Of a stretch of 57,149 nt of DNA, positions 49,132-57,149 are shown one piece after another. Under the pieces are notes generated by a model. That model was not told the origin of the DNA, ran no database searches, and worked only from the letters and a program-made list of their open reading frames with translations. The stretch's first letter is position 1. Each line of letters begins with the position of its first letter. Origin of the DNA: an uncultured Candidatus Bathyarchaeia archaeon (GTDB lineage: Archaea; Thermoproteota; Bathyarchaeia; Bathyarchaeales; DTEX01); assembly GCA_964411115.1 (NCBI GenBank), contig CAYPJR010000001.1, positions 1-57,149 of the forward strand, written 5' to 3'. Made by a program: the position numbers and the translations under genes.

Positions 49132-50094
49132 ATGAAGAGAATCGGTGTTGTGACGGCCGGCGGTGATGCTCCCGGCATGAACGCCGCTATACGTGCAGTT
49201 GTGCGTTCAGCCGCCTACTACAATTTCGAAGTTGTAGGAATTGAGAGGGGATACGCTGGGCTAATTGAGGGGAGATACCGCGTTTTAGATAGGCGTTCAG
49301 TAAGCGGAATAATAAACGTTGGTGGAACAATGCTTAGAACTGTTAGATGTAAAGAAATAATGACCGATGAGGGGATAGAAAAGGCTGCTGAATTCCTAAA
49401 AAGCATTAATTTAGAGGGTTTGGTGGCAATAGGTGGGGATGGAACATTTAGAGGTGCGAGCAGGCTCTATGAAGCCAGCGGCATATCTATGATTGGTGTT
49501 CCAGCAACAATCGATAATGATGTTTCCGGAACTGATACAACAATAGGCTTTGACACCGCCGTTAACGTCGCCTTAGATGCAATAGATAAGATAAGGGATA
49601 CTGCAACATCCCATGAAAGAATATTCGTCGTTGAAGTGATGGGTAGGCGGCGAGGTTTCCTAGCCCTAGAAGTCGGCTTAGCCGACGGGGCTGAAATAAT
49701 CCTAATCCCGGAAATAAAGGTTGATTTAGACAAGATTTGCGAGAGAATAAAAAGGGATCGAGAAGAGGGGAAATTATCTGAAATTATCGTGATGGCTGAA
49801 GGAGCCGGCGATAGTCGCTTAGTAACCGAGCATATAGCCAAAGAAACGGGATACGAAGTGAGGCTGACGATTCTGGGACATATTCAGAGGGGAGGCGCGC
49901 CAACCGCTCGCAGCCGAGTGCTCGCATGTCAATTCGGAAATAAAGCCGTTGAATTGCTGGCCACTGGCGAATATAAGAGAATGGTTGGCATAAGAGGGGA
50001 GGAGGTAATATCGGTTGACCTGGATTATTCTTGGAGAGAGGAGAAGAAAATTGATTTAAGGCGCTATAGGCTTGCCGAGATTCTTTCGCTGTAA
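49132..50094 (+). CDS. pfkA: PfkA-family 6-phosphofructokinase
   Basis: TAGGDAPGMNAAIR, IGGDGT, PATIDND and MGR motifs. Confidence 0.9.
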   Translation: MKRIGVVTAGGDAPGMNAAIRAVVRSAAYYNFEVVGIERGYAGLIEGRYRVLDRRSVSGIINVGGTMLRTVRCKEIMTDEGIEKAAEFLKSINLEGLVAIGGDGTFRGASRLYEASGISMIGVPATIDNDVSGTDTTIGFDTAVNVALDAIDKIRDTATSHERIFVVEVMGRRRGFLALEVGLADGAEIILIPEIKVDLDKICERIKRDREEGKLSEIIVMAEGAGDSRLVTEHIAKETGYEVRLTILGHIQRGGAPTARSRVLACQFGNKAVELLATGEYKRMVGIRGEEVISVDLDYSWREEKKIDLRRYRLAEILSL

Positions 50095-50251
50095 GTTCGC
50101 TTAAATTGCGCATTACTGCATCTACCATTGGGAAGGCCATGTTTTAGGCGTTAGATTATCGTTGATGAAATTAAGCTTGGTTTGGATGTTTAATAGTTGA
50201 GGGAGGGCTTCAGGCAGAGATGGAGGCGGATGATGACATCAACCGATTAGG

Positions 50252-52951
50252 TTAAGTTATGAAGTTGGTTAATCCGGCTTTCCTAGCGAGATCTACAGCG
50301 CGCTCCATTTCCTCAACCGTTAATCTTCGACGTAATTCCGGAACTTCATAGGCTCTCCATTCAGGTCTATACTGAAACATTATATTTGTCCTTACGTCTT
50401 TGCCGAGATTTTTACTTATCCACTCAAGAATATGTTTTGTGCAGCATTCAAGATGATTAGGTAAAACAAGAACACGTATAATAAGCTCACCATACTTTTT
50501 ACCATAAAGGTGATTTCTTGCGCAGACATCCCAGTAATCTGGTGCATCTGAAATTTTCTTAGAGCATTCGAATGGACCATACTTGAAGTCTAGGAGATAG
50601 ACATCAACAAATCCTGCTAGTAGCTTAGCCGTCTCCTCACTGTAATAGGAGTTCGAGTTCCAAACAATGGGGATATTAGCATTCACAAATTTAAAAGTCT
50701 CAAGCCACTGCTCAAGCCAGGGGGTTGGTTCGCCGCCAACCAGATTGGCGTTTCTGCAGCCGATTTTTCTTAAATTTTCAACGGCTGACGCTAAACGCTT
50801 AGGCGTATAGATCTCACCGCTTTCAAACCATTGGCTATTATGCACGATAAAACCGTTTGCGATAAATCTGTTTGTTCCTTGAACCTTAAGGTCGAAAACC
50901 CATGTTTTCTCAGTTAATTTTGAGACTCTCCTGATTTTATCCCAAAAAATATCAGCGTTTACGAGAATCTTCAGCTTAGATAGATTCTTAAGCAGCATTT
51001 TATCGGAGATAATTTCTGAGCATATGCATTTTATTGCCATGGAAATCCTGTCTAGAAACTTCTTAGCGTCTAAATCGTCTTTATCCATGTAGTATCTTAG
51101 TAGGCTACGGGAAATATTAAGCACTTCAGCCAGTTCCCGCTGAGAAATATTTAACGTCTTCATACAATATTTTATCAAATTCCAATCAGGCTTTGTAAGT
51201 TTATGACTCAGCGCCTCAATGCTTCTTAATCTTTCCTCAAATAGCGATATTACCTCTTCAAGTTTGGATCTTGGAAACGGCTTATTTCCAGATTCTAAGC
51301 GTTCGTATCCCTTTAAGGATAATCTCATATCGCGCTGCGAAAGCCGCAATCTGCTTCTTATATCCCTCAATATATCGCTAACATTTGGGATAACATCCAT
51401 ATTCTCTCTAGAAGAAGGTCTTAACCTCTCTATTTTTTCCAGCTTCCTGATTTTTTCAGATGATGAAGAGCCTATGAGAAGATTGTAACGATTCACATTT
51501 TCGCCTTTAATTGTAAGTTTATAGGTCTTCTTAATGTATCCCCTCCTTTCGCGGGATGCCCGGCTGATCTTTGAGATTATCCCATATCGACATAGCAGGA
51601 TCTGCAGTTGCATCAGCATCTTCTCGCTAGCTGAATACAACGTGATCTCCCCATTTTTAATGTTAACATTAGACTTACAATCGAAGATCCCTCTCAAAAA
51701 TGATGCCGCCATACTGTTACCGGACCGCATGATTATCGGCGGGATCTCTCTTAATTCCGATTGCGCTAAAAGTTGAGGGGCAACTCTGCGTAAAAAGTTA
51801 AAGGCATCAATAGATTGCGCTACGACGCGAAAAGCTCCTTTATATCTCAGAACCTTCGGCGTTAAGCCGAATACGCTTCTAAAACAGTTAATGTAATCTT
51901 CAACTAGGTCCCGGCTTATGTTAGTGAAGACTATTTTACATGTTCCCCTTCTCTCATTCTCGTAAAGGCGGCCATCGCCAAGTAAGTATCCAATTATTCG
52001 GCAAATTTCAGGTGAAACCGTAGCTAGCAAAGATCCTTCATTAAGAACTTTAGGTATAGGATCCCCAACTTCTGAAGAAACCTTAATCTCCGGTATGAAT
52101 CTAACAGCGGCTACGAAATCCCCCTCCCTAAATTTTTCAGCTGGAACTGGAATTATAAGCCCATTATGGCATGTGTATAACAGGTGGTTCGGCGTCACCA
52201 CGATTCTTCTTCCAGACCACGTTGTCATCTCCACAAGGTCTGAAGTCATCCTCTTAGATACGCCGTCACAAAGGTCTACAGTAACCTTCGCTTTTTCATT
52301 AACTGAAAAAATGCTTAAACTTGCCGGCGCACAAAGACTTCCACGGATTTCTTTTAATTCGCCTTTAGCCGATTCCTCAAAAAGCCTAGAAATCTCGGTC
52401 AATGTGCCGTCGGAGAGAAGAATTAAGCTATCGCCTGATATGCATATCGTCCAGTTTTGGCAATGTAAGCATCGAATCGTGCATCCCATCGTGAATATTG
52501 TTCCGGAAGGAACCAGCTCAGGTTCTTCACCTATATGCTCAAAGATTGAGGAAACTGTTATTTTTGTTCCGCATCTGCAGTAACCTAATTCACCTTTTAG
52601 GCGGTTTACTCCGCATCGCCTGTTACAGAAGTGGCAATTTTCCAGAATTCTATTAGCAATGGCAATCTTAAGATCTAGGTAGGATTTTTCCGGGATATCT
52701 AAATCTTCAAGGTTTTTGCCTCCGAAATCCAACGTATTCTGGAGCCTATAAAACTCTTCAGTTAATCTTTCATGTTTAAACCATAGCTCCTTAAGCGGTT
52801 CGCCCTCATCAAACTCGGCTGGAAGCCTCTTTGCAATCATAAACTTAGCTGGTTTTTCATCATTCATAACAGCGAAGTATCTCGCCAAGCTAGCCTTAGC
52901 TCTCTCATCGCGCAGTACATCTAAGGCATCTCTCCTGAAAATACGCCACAT
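50252..52951 (-). CDS. PflX/AmrS-like radical SAM enzyme interrupted by an intein (363-aa extein)
   Basis: CHFCNRRC...GYCRCG N-terminal motif and CTIRCLHCQNWTI|intein|SQWFESG. The C-extein is barrel-like. Confidence 0.85.
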   Translation of the reverse strand: MWRIFRRDALDVLRDERAKASLARYFAVMNDEKPAKFMIAKRLPAEFDEGEPLKELWFKHERLTEEFYRLQNTLDFGGKNLEDLDIPEKSYLDLKIAIANRILENCHFCNRRCGVNRLKGELGYCRCGTKITVSSIFEHIGEEPELVPSGTIFTMGCTIRCLHCQNWTICISGDSLILLSDGTLTEISRLFEESAKGELKEIRGSLCAPASLSIFSVNEKAKVTVDLCDGVSKRMTSDLVEMTTWSGRRIVVTPNHLLYTCHNGLIIPVPAEKFREGDFVAAVRFIPEIKVSSEVGDPIPKVLNEGSLLATVSPEICRIIGYLLGDGRLYENERRGTCKIVFTNISRDLVEDYINCFRSVFGLTPKVLRYKGAFRVVAQSIDAFNFLRRVAPQLLAQSELREIPPIIMRSGNSMAASFLRGIFDCKSNVNIKNGEITLYSASEKMLMQLQILLCRYGIISKISRASRERRGYIKKTYKLTIKGENVNRYNLLIGSSSSEKIRKLEKIERLRPSSRENMDVIPNVSDILRDIRSRLRLSQRDMRLSLKGYERLESGNKPFPRSKLEEVISLFEERLRSIEALSHKLTKPDWNLIKYCMKTLNISQRELAEVLNISRSLLRYYMDKDDLDAKKFLDRISMAIKCICSEIISDKMLLKNLSKLKILVNADIFWDKIRRVSKLTEKTWVFDLKVQGTNRFIANGFIVHNSQWFESGEIYTPKRLASAVENLRKIGCRNANLVGGEPTPWLEQWLETFKFVNANIPIVWNSNSYYSEETAKLLAGFVDVYLLDFKYGPFECSKKISDAPDYWDVCARNHLYGKKYGELIIRVLVLPNHLECCTKHILEWISKNLGKDVRTNIMFQYRPEWRAYEVPELRRRLTVEEMERAVDLARKAGLTNFIT
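50837..52444 (-). mobile_element. 536-aa intein with LAGLIDADG homing-endonuclease domain
   Basis: Cys1 (CISGDSLILLSDG), block B VVTPNH, LAGLIDADG motifs IIGYLLGDGRL and FLRGIFDCKSN, block F/G WVFDLKV...FIVHN, followed by the +1 Ser. Confidence 0.85.
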
Positions 52952-53119
52952 AAACCCTCAAGAAAAATTGGGAAGGAGAATCTATTAAAAATTTAGGAAA
53001 ACTTTTATTAAAACATTCGATGGCTTTAAACCTTGAAGTGCATTTCATTTCAAAGGTTGAAAATGCTCAAATAGGTTTATATTGGGCGAAAACCGAAGAA
53101 TTTTGGGAGAGTAAATATT

Positions 53120-53929
53120 ATGATTGTTAAGGTTGAGAGAATAGCGTGGCTTATATCGCTGCTTCTAGCATCATCAATCATATTATATGTGATCTACATT
53201 ACTCTACCTGTAAGGCCTCCCCTAATCGACGACGCATTTTTCATGTCTGAAAATAAGATTTTTCTCCCTCTGCCGCATAAAGCCAGCAATCTAACGGTTG
53301 AGGAGGCAATACTGTTGAGGAGAAGCATTAGGGATTACACTGATGACCCTATCAGCATAAGCGGCCTTGCCATGATCCTTTGGGCCGCTTACGGCATAAC
53401 TGATCCTGAGCGGGGGTTTAGAGCCTCGCCCAGCGCGGGCGCAACTTATCCTCTTGAAATATATGTTGTGATTGGGGAGAGAGGGGTTACAGCGAGAGAT
53501 GGCTTTCTAGAGGCGGGAGTGTATAAGTATGAGCCACACAGCCATAGTTTATCTTCGGTTAAGAAGGGCGATTACCGCGGCGAACTCATGAGGGCAGCTC
53601 TTGGGCAAGAGTGGGTGGGTGAAGCGCCCCTCATCATAATTGTTTGCGCCGTATTTGAGAGAACCACGAAGATTTATGGGGAGAGAGGTCAAACTAGATA
53701 TGTTCCCATGGAAGCTGGACACGCTGGCCAGAACATATATTTGATGGCTACAGCTCTCAATTATGGCTGTGTTGTTGTCGGAGCCTTCTATGATGATTCA
53801 GTAGCCACGGTTGTCGGCGTTAAGCCGGAAGAGAAACCGCTATATATTATTCCCCTCGGCGTTCCAGAGATGCCGCATTATAAATCTTTTGAAGACTTGG
53901 GGGAATACATAACGTCTAGGAGGGGATAA
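53120..53929 (+). CDS. SagB-type dehydrogenase / nitroreductase-fold protein with N-terminal membrane anchor
   Basis: RRSIRDY, RASPSAGATYPLEIY and MEAGHAGQN motifs. Hydrophobic aa 8-30. Confidence 0.8.
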   Translation: MIVKVERIAWLISLLLASSIILYVIYITLPVRPPLIDDAFFMSENKIFLPLPHKASNLTVEEAILLRRSIRDYTDDPISISGLAMILWAAYGITDPERGFRASPSAGATYPLEIYVVIGERGVTARDGFLEAGVYKYEPHSHSLSSVKKGDYRGELMRAALGQEWVGEAPLIIIVCAVFERTTKIYGERGQTRYVPMEAGHAGQNIYLMATALNYGCVVVGAFYDDSVATVVGVKPEEKPLYIIPLGVPEMPHYKSFEDLGEYITSRRG

Positions 53930-53933
53930 ACGA

Positions 53934-54269
53934 TTGATTAAGAGAGCTGATTTTATTAAGTTAGCCATACTGATGGTTGAAGTTACATCTCCACCTCTAA
54001 TCTTGCTTGCCACGATATATTTGCTGAGCGGCTATCAAATGTTAATCCCCGCCGTAAAGATCCTTCCGGAACCCAGAAGAATCCACACTGATAATCTTTT
54101 AAGGCTTCTAACGGTAATGCTCGCATACTTCCATACCATTGGGGGCTCAATATTTATTATTGAGAGACGCATGAAGCGAGGCGCCTTGAAAAAAGCAGCT
54201 GAAATATTTGTATTTGCCTCGGTAACCACGCTGACGCTTCTCTTCTTAATGCTGGAAGCAGCATTATAG
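53934..54269 (+). CDS. three-TM membrane protein, unknown function
   Basis: TTG start 4 nt after the SagB-like stop, with GGAGGGG upstream. Hydrophobic profile. Confidence 0.55.
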   Translation: MIKRADFIKLAILMVEVTSPPLILLATIYLLSGYQMLIPAVKILPEPRRIHTDNLLRLLTVMLAYFHTIGGSIFIIERRMKRGALKKAAEIFVFASVTTLTLLFLMLEAAL

Positions 54270-54314
54270 TTTGAGGGCGCGATGAGAGAGCCTAAAGATT
54301 AATGCTTTAAGATT

Positions 54315-55370
54315 TTAGATTATAGAATATGGGAATGTTAATCCTGTTCTGTGGAATCTTCCCTTAATGGCTATTTTATGCCCGCATTTTGGACATCGCA
54401 TGTCGCCGGTGATATACCATTTAATAACCTCAAAGCCGTATCTCTTTATGAGCAGTTCCTGACAGTTCGGGCAGTATGTGTCTTCATACCTGTGGCCTGG
54501 AACGTTACCTAAATAGACATAGTTTAAGCCCGCCTTCTTCGCGCTTTCATAGGCTTTTTCCAATGTTCTAATCTCAGTTGACGGTATACTGGTCAATTTA
54601 TAATCCGGATGGAACCTTAAAAGATGAAGCGGCGTGTCTTCACCTAGATTCTCTTTTATCCATGACGCTAGCTCCTCTATCTTCTCCATTGAATCCCCAA
54701 TCTTCGGCACAACAAGATTCGTCACTTCAATATGTATGCCGTGCCTCTTCATTTCTTTCAGGGCTTCATATATAGGCTCAACTGATGGAACCATTGAGAA
54801 TTTCCTATAGAATTCCGGGTCGCCGCCACCCTTAAAGTCAACCGTTGCAGCATCAAGATACGGCGCGATCGCCCTCACAGCCTCAGGGGTCATATATCCG
54901 TTCGTGACAAACGTGTTAAATAAGCCATGCTTATGGGCTTCTACAGCCGTATCATAGGCGTACTCAAAGAAGATTGTTGGCTCAGTATAGGTGTAGCTTA
55001 TGCCCTGACAGCCATGTTCCAGCGTAGCCTTCACAACTTCTTCAGGGGTGAGATCTCTACCCACAATATCCTTTTCTTGGCTTATGGTCCAATTATCACA
55101 GAATTGACAGCGGAAGTTGCATCCAACAGTCGCTATGGACATAACGAGCGCTCCCGGATGGAAGTGCGATAGGGGCTTTTTACCTATCGGATCAATATTA
55201 GCTGCGCAGGCCTTAGCATAATTCAGCGAGTAAAGCCTTCCACCCTCATTCCTTCTCACGCCGCAGAAACCTATCCCGCCGTCGGATACAACGCATCTTC
55301 GAGCGCAAAGATTACATCTGACCTTATTTTCCTGAATCTGCTCATAAAGCATTGCTTCACGCTTAGGCAT
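54315..55370 (-). CDS. amrS: AmmeMemoRadiSam-system-type radical SAM enzyme
   Basis: CNLCARRC...GFCGVR, GCNFRCQFCDNWTISQ, and a C-terminal CPNC...CPKC ribbon. Confidence 0.8.
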   Translation of the reverse strand: MPKREAMLYEQIQENKVRCNLCARRCVVSDGGIGFCGVRRNEGGRLYSLNYAKACAANIDPIGKKPLSHFHPGALVMSIATVGCNFRCQFCDNWTISQEKDIVGRDLTPEEVVKATLEHGCQGISYTYTEPTIFFEYAYDTAVEAHKHGLFNTFVTNGYMTPEAVRAIAPYLDAATVDFKGGGDPEFYRKFSMVPSVEPIYEALKEMKRHGIHIEVTNLVVPKIGDSMEKIEELASWIKENLGEDTPLHLLRFHPDYKLTSIPSTEIRTLEKAYESAKKAGLNYVYLGNVPGHRYEDTYCPNCQELLIKRYGFEVIKWYITGDMRCPKCGHKIAIKGRFHRTGLTFPYSII

Positions 55371-55713
55371 TATATGTTCATTCCTCTATATTTATTCAGA
55401 ATAATTAGGTTCAAAGCGTAATTTAATCATTTCCTAAAACTTTATAGTTTAGAAATAAGATCGCGCGTTATAGCGGCTGATCCGTCTCCCAGTAATCTCG
55501 GATGCAAAAGATGCTTAAGGCGGCTGAAGGTGACCGCCACGCCGTGAAAGAGTCTGGAAGGGATTTAGCGCTTAAGTTTAGGAGCAAGGAATGGGCGAAT
55601 CAGCCTTCCCAGCCCCTTGAGGGCATCTTCTCTTTAAGGATTAAGCCTCGCTCCGCTAGTTAGTAAGGCATTATGAGAAAACTGCTTCTACGCGCACGCA
55701 GGACTATGTTTAT

Positions 55714-56757
55714 TTAATATTTAATGCCTAACTTAATTGTCTCCTCCGGTTTCTCGTCAAGTGTTTTGTATGCTTCAGCGGCTTCTTCAAAATTTACTAT
55801 GGGTGATAAAAGCCCGTCGATTTTTAAGCGTTTTCGCCTAAAAAGCTCTATAACCGTTTCATAAATTCGCCTTCTGTCCCAAAGGGGGTAATCTCTATAT
55901 GGTTCGCTTTCAACTCTTGCGCCTGAAATCATTACCTGACGGCTGAAATGCCATTCTTCGCCGAGATTTAAGCCCTTTGCCTCGCCATGATACCATGAGA
56001 CTGGCACTATTGTTCCACCATATCTTGTTCCTCTAATTGCTTGATGCAAGGCTGAGTAGGATCCGCTTGTCTCTATGGCTATGTCAACGCCCTTCCAACC
56101 GGTGGCCTCCCTGATCTTTAAACCCGCATCGCATGATTTGGGATCAATTAATACGTCAGCTCCATAAAGTTCAGCTAGGTTACGCCTTTTTTCTATCGGC
56201 TCAACGCCTATCACAAATAGTGCTCCGGAAAGCTTAGCCATCTGAACAGCTATGAGCCCTATTGCACCCAACCCGAATATTGCTACAGCATCGCCAAGTC
56301 TGACATGTCCCTCCCTAACAGCCATTAAAGCAACTGCAGCTGGATCAATACATACAATCTCTTCATCGCTAAGCTCGCTCGGAGCAGGATTAACCTCCCC
56401 CTCATTAACAGTATGAGTTTCTCTTATTGGCAGATAACCCCAAACCCTATCACCAACCTTAAACCTTTTAACATTATCTCCAACCTCCACCACTGTGCCA
56501 ACAGTGATGTTGCCAAGTTTAATTGGAAAAGAGACGGTCCATCCTCTGCGTGTTTCCTTAGGAAAGAAGAGGCCGACATCAGCGTCGAAGACCTTATCGG
56601 AGAAGGGCGACAAACCCTTATAGATTAAGAGCGTCGTTCCATGCTTCTCAGCTGAGAAACGGCTTTTAATACGTATCTGACCCGATTTAAGAGGAGGCTC
56701 CTCATATTCGATCAGCACTGGTTTTCTCGGGGAAACCGCCACCAACTCTCTAGGCAT
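55714..56757 (-). CDS. medium-chain dehydrogenase/reductase (alcohol/polyol dehydrogenase-like)
   Basis: GDRVWG and FGLGAIGLIAVQ Rossmann motifs. The usual GHE zinc-ligand motif reads GNITVG here. Confidence 0.8.
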   Translation of the reverse strand: MPRELVAVSPRKPVLIEYEEPPLKSGQIRIKSRFSAEKHGTTLLIYKGLSPFSDKVFDADVGLFFPKETRRGWTVSFPIKLGNITVGTVVEVGDNVKRFKVGDRVWGYLPIRETHTVNEGEVNPAPSELSDEEIVCIDPAAVALMAVREGHVRLGDAVAIFGLGAIGLIAVQMAKLSGALFVIGVEPIEKRRNLAELYGADVLIDPKSCDAGLKIREATGWKGVDIAIETSGSYSALHQAIRGTRYGGTIVPVSWYHGEAKGLNLGEEWHFSRQVMISGARVESEPYRDYPLWDRRRIYETVIELFRRKRLKIDGLLSPIVNFEEAAEAYKTLDEKPEETIKLGIKY

Positions 56758-56790
56758 AGAAACACCACCATTCCTGAATAGTGAAGATTC

Positions 56791-57084
56791 CTAATCTTTT
56801 ATCCCTTCAAGTAAACTTATAACGTTCCAGAGCTTGACGCGGGTATATGGCGGCATATTTGGATCTTGAAGTATTTCATCTATAACGGATATGGCATTTG
56901 AAGCTCTAACCCCCAGAGTATATTGAGTTGACTGAAGCATATCCATGGCCTCCTTAGCTGTCCTCCTTATGTTTCTTGGAGTTGTGGTATCCTCAGAGAC
57001 CTGTCCAAGTATCGCGAGGGCCTGCTTTATTTTCTCCTCGTATTTCTGAGCCTTCTTTTTACTGGCCACAATTAACACCTCCAA
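56791..57084 (-). CDS. UPF0147-family small archaeal protein
   Basis: 97 aa with the PRNIRRTAKEA...DPNMP pattern typical of the family. Confidence 0.65.
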   Translation of the reverse strand: MEVLIVASKKKAQKYEEKIKQALAILGQVSEDTTTPRNIRRTAKEAMDMLQSTQYTLGVRASNAISVIDEILQDPNMPPYTRVKLWNVISLLEGIKD

Positions 57085-57149
57085 GCTGAAATAATTTTTA
57101 TTTTGTTTAGATATCTTGATCCTGTATTAAACCTTTAATTCTAAAAATA

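Noticed and set aside
51219-52583. Plus-strand ORFs of 80-162 aa (51219-51488, 51534-51776, 52095-52583) inside the intein region.
   Set aside because: They are antisense to the intein, whose splicing and LAGLIDADG blocks are all in the minus-strand frame. The products are low-complexity.
55460-55702. Identification of the structured intergenic region as SRP (7S) RNA. It has a UCCCAG loop reminiscent of the Alu-domain loop and a GGAAGGGA segment reminiscent of helix 8.
   Set aside because: It is too short. The helix-8 GGAA/AGCA asymmetric-loop pattern is not reproduced, and the GGAAGG segment pairs better with CCTTCC downstream. It is left as an unclassified ncRNA candidate.
1-57149. Search for CRISPR arrays, rRNA/tRNA genes, transposases or integrases, and long direct or inverted repeats.
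   Set aside because: I saw no regularly spaced repeats, no tRNA-like T-arm/acceptor combinations and no recombinase-like ORFs. The only mobile element I can support is the intein. A computational repeat and tRNA scan would still be needed to be sure.

Overview
The window looks like a dense archaeal chromosomal segment. This is inferred from an archaeosine tRNA-guanine transglycosylase, an aCPSF-like beta-CASP RNase, archaemetzincin, a type-2 Met aminopeptidase, UPF0147, a LAGLIDADG intein, GGAGGTGA-type SD sites and A/T-rich TATA-like spacers. I support about 50 protein genes. I recognised no rRNA, tRNA, CRISPR array or transposase. Contents in order: (i) a glycosylation island at 2-6.5 kb, with two GT2 genes, a plant-RGP/GT75-like gene and a radical-SAM/SPASM-like gene. 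(ii) An ABC exporter pair, a family-4 UDG and a TIM-barrel isomerase. (iii) An argG-argH-carA-carB operon with a divergent putative ACT-type regulator. (iv) A run of about 19 kb, all on the minus strand (19035-38429). It holds an amino-sugar module (enolase-superfamily dehydratase, DapB-like dehydrogenase, AgaS-like SIS enzyme, PfkB kinase) and purS-purL-purQ. It also holds a fucosidase / Gfo-Idh-MocA / TIM-barrel / AKR module, an SppA (S49) protease fusion, two tandem paralogous Pol-beta-type nucleotidyltransferases, a tungsten-type AOR and a class II aldolase. (v) Housekeeping genes: SWIM protein, CobO, nitroreductase, archaemetzincin, beta-CASP RNase, tgtA, map, pfkA. (vi) Two PflX/AmrS-like radical SAM genes flanking a membrane-anchored SagB-type dehydrogenase; one of the two is split by a 536-aa LAGLIDADG intein directly after its CX3CX2C motif. 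The leads most worth follow-up are the unassigned tandem NTase pair (one copy apparently frameshifted) with the downstream SD-led Cys peptide ORF and S49 fusion protease. Next is the intein/rSAM/SagB neighbourhood, where the intein-free paralog carries a near-identical insertion site. There are also two candidate ncRNAs: a C/D-box-like element at 38.6 kb and a structured region of about 240 nt at 55.5 kb. All functional calls come from motif recognition by eye; no database search was run.
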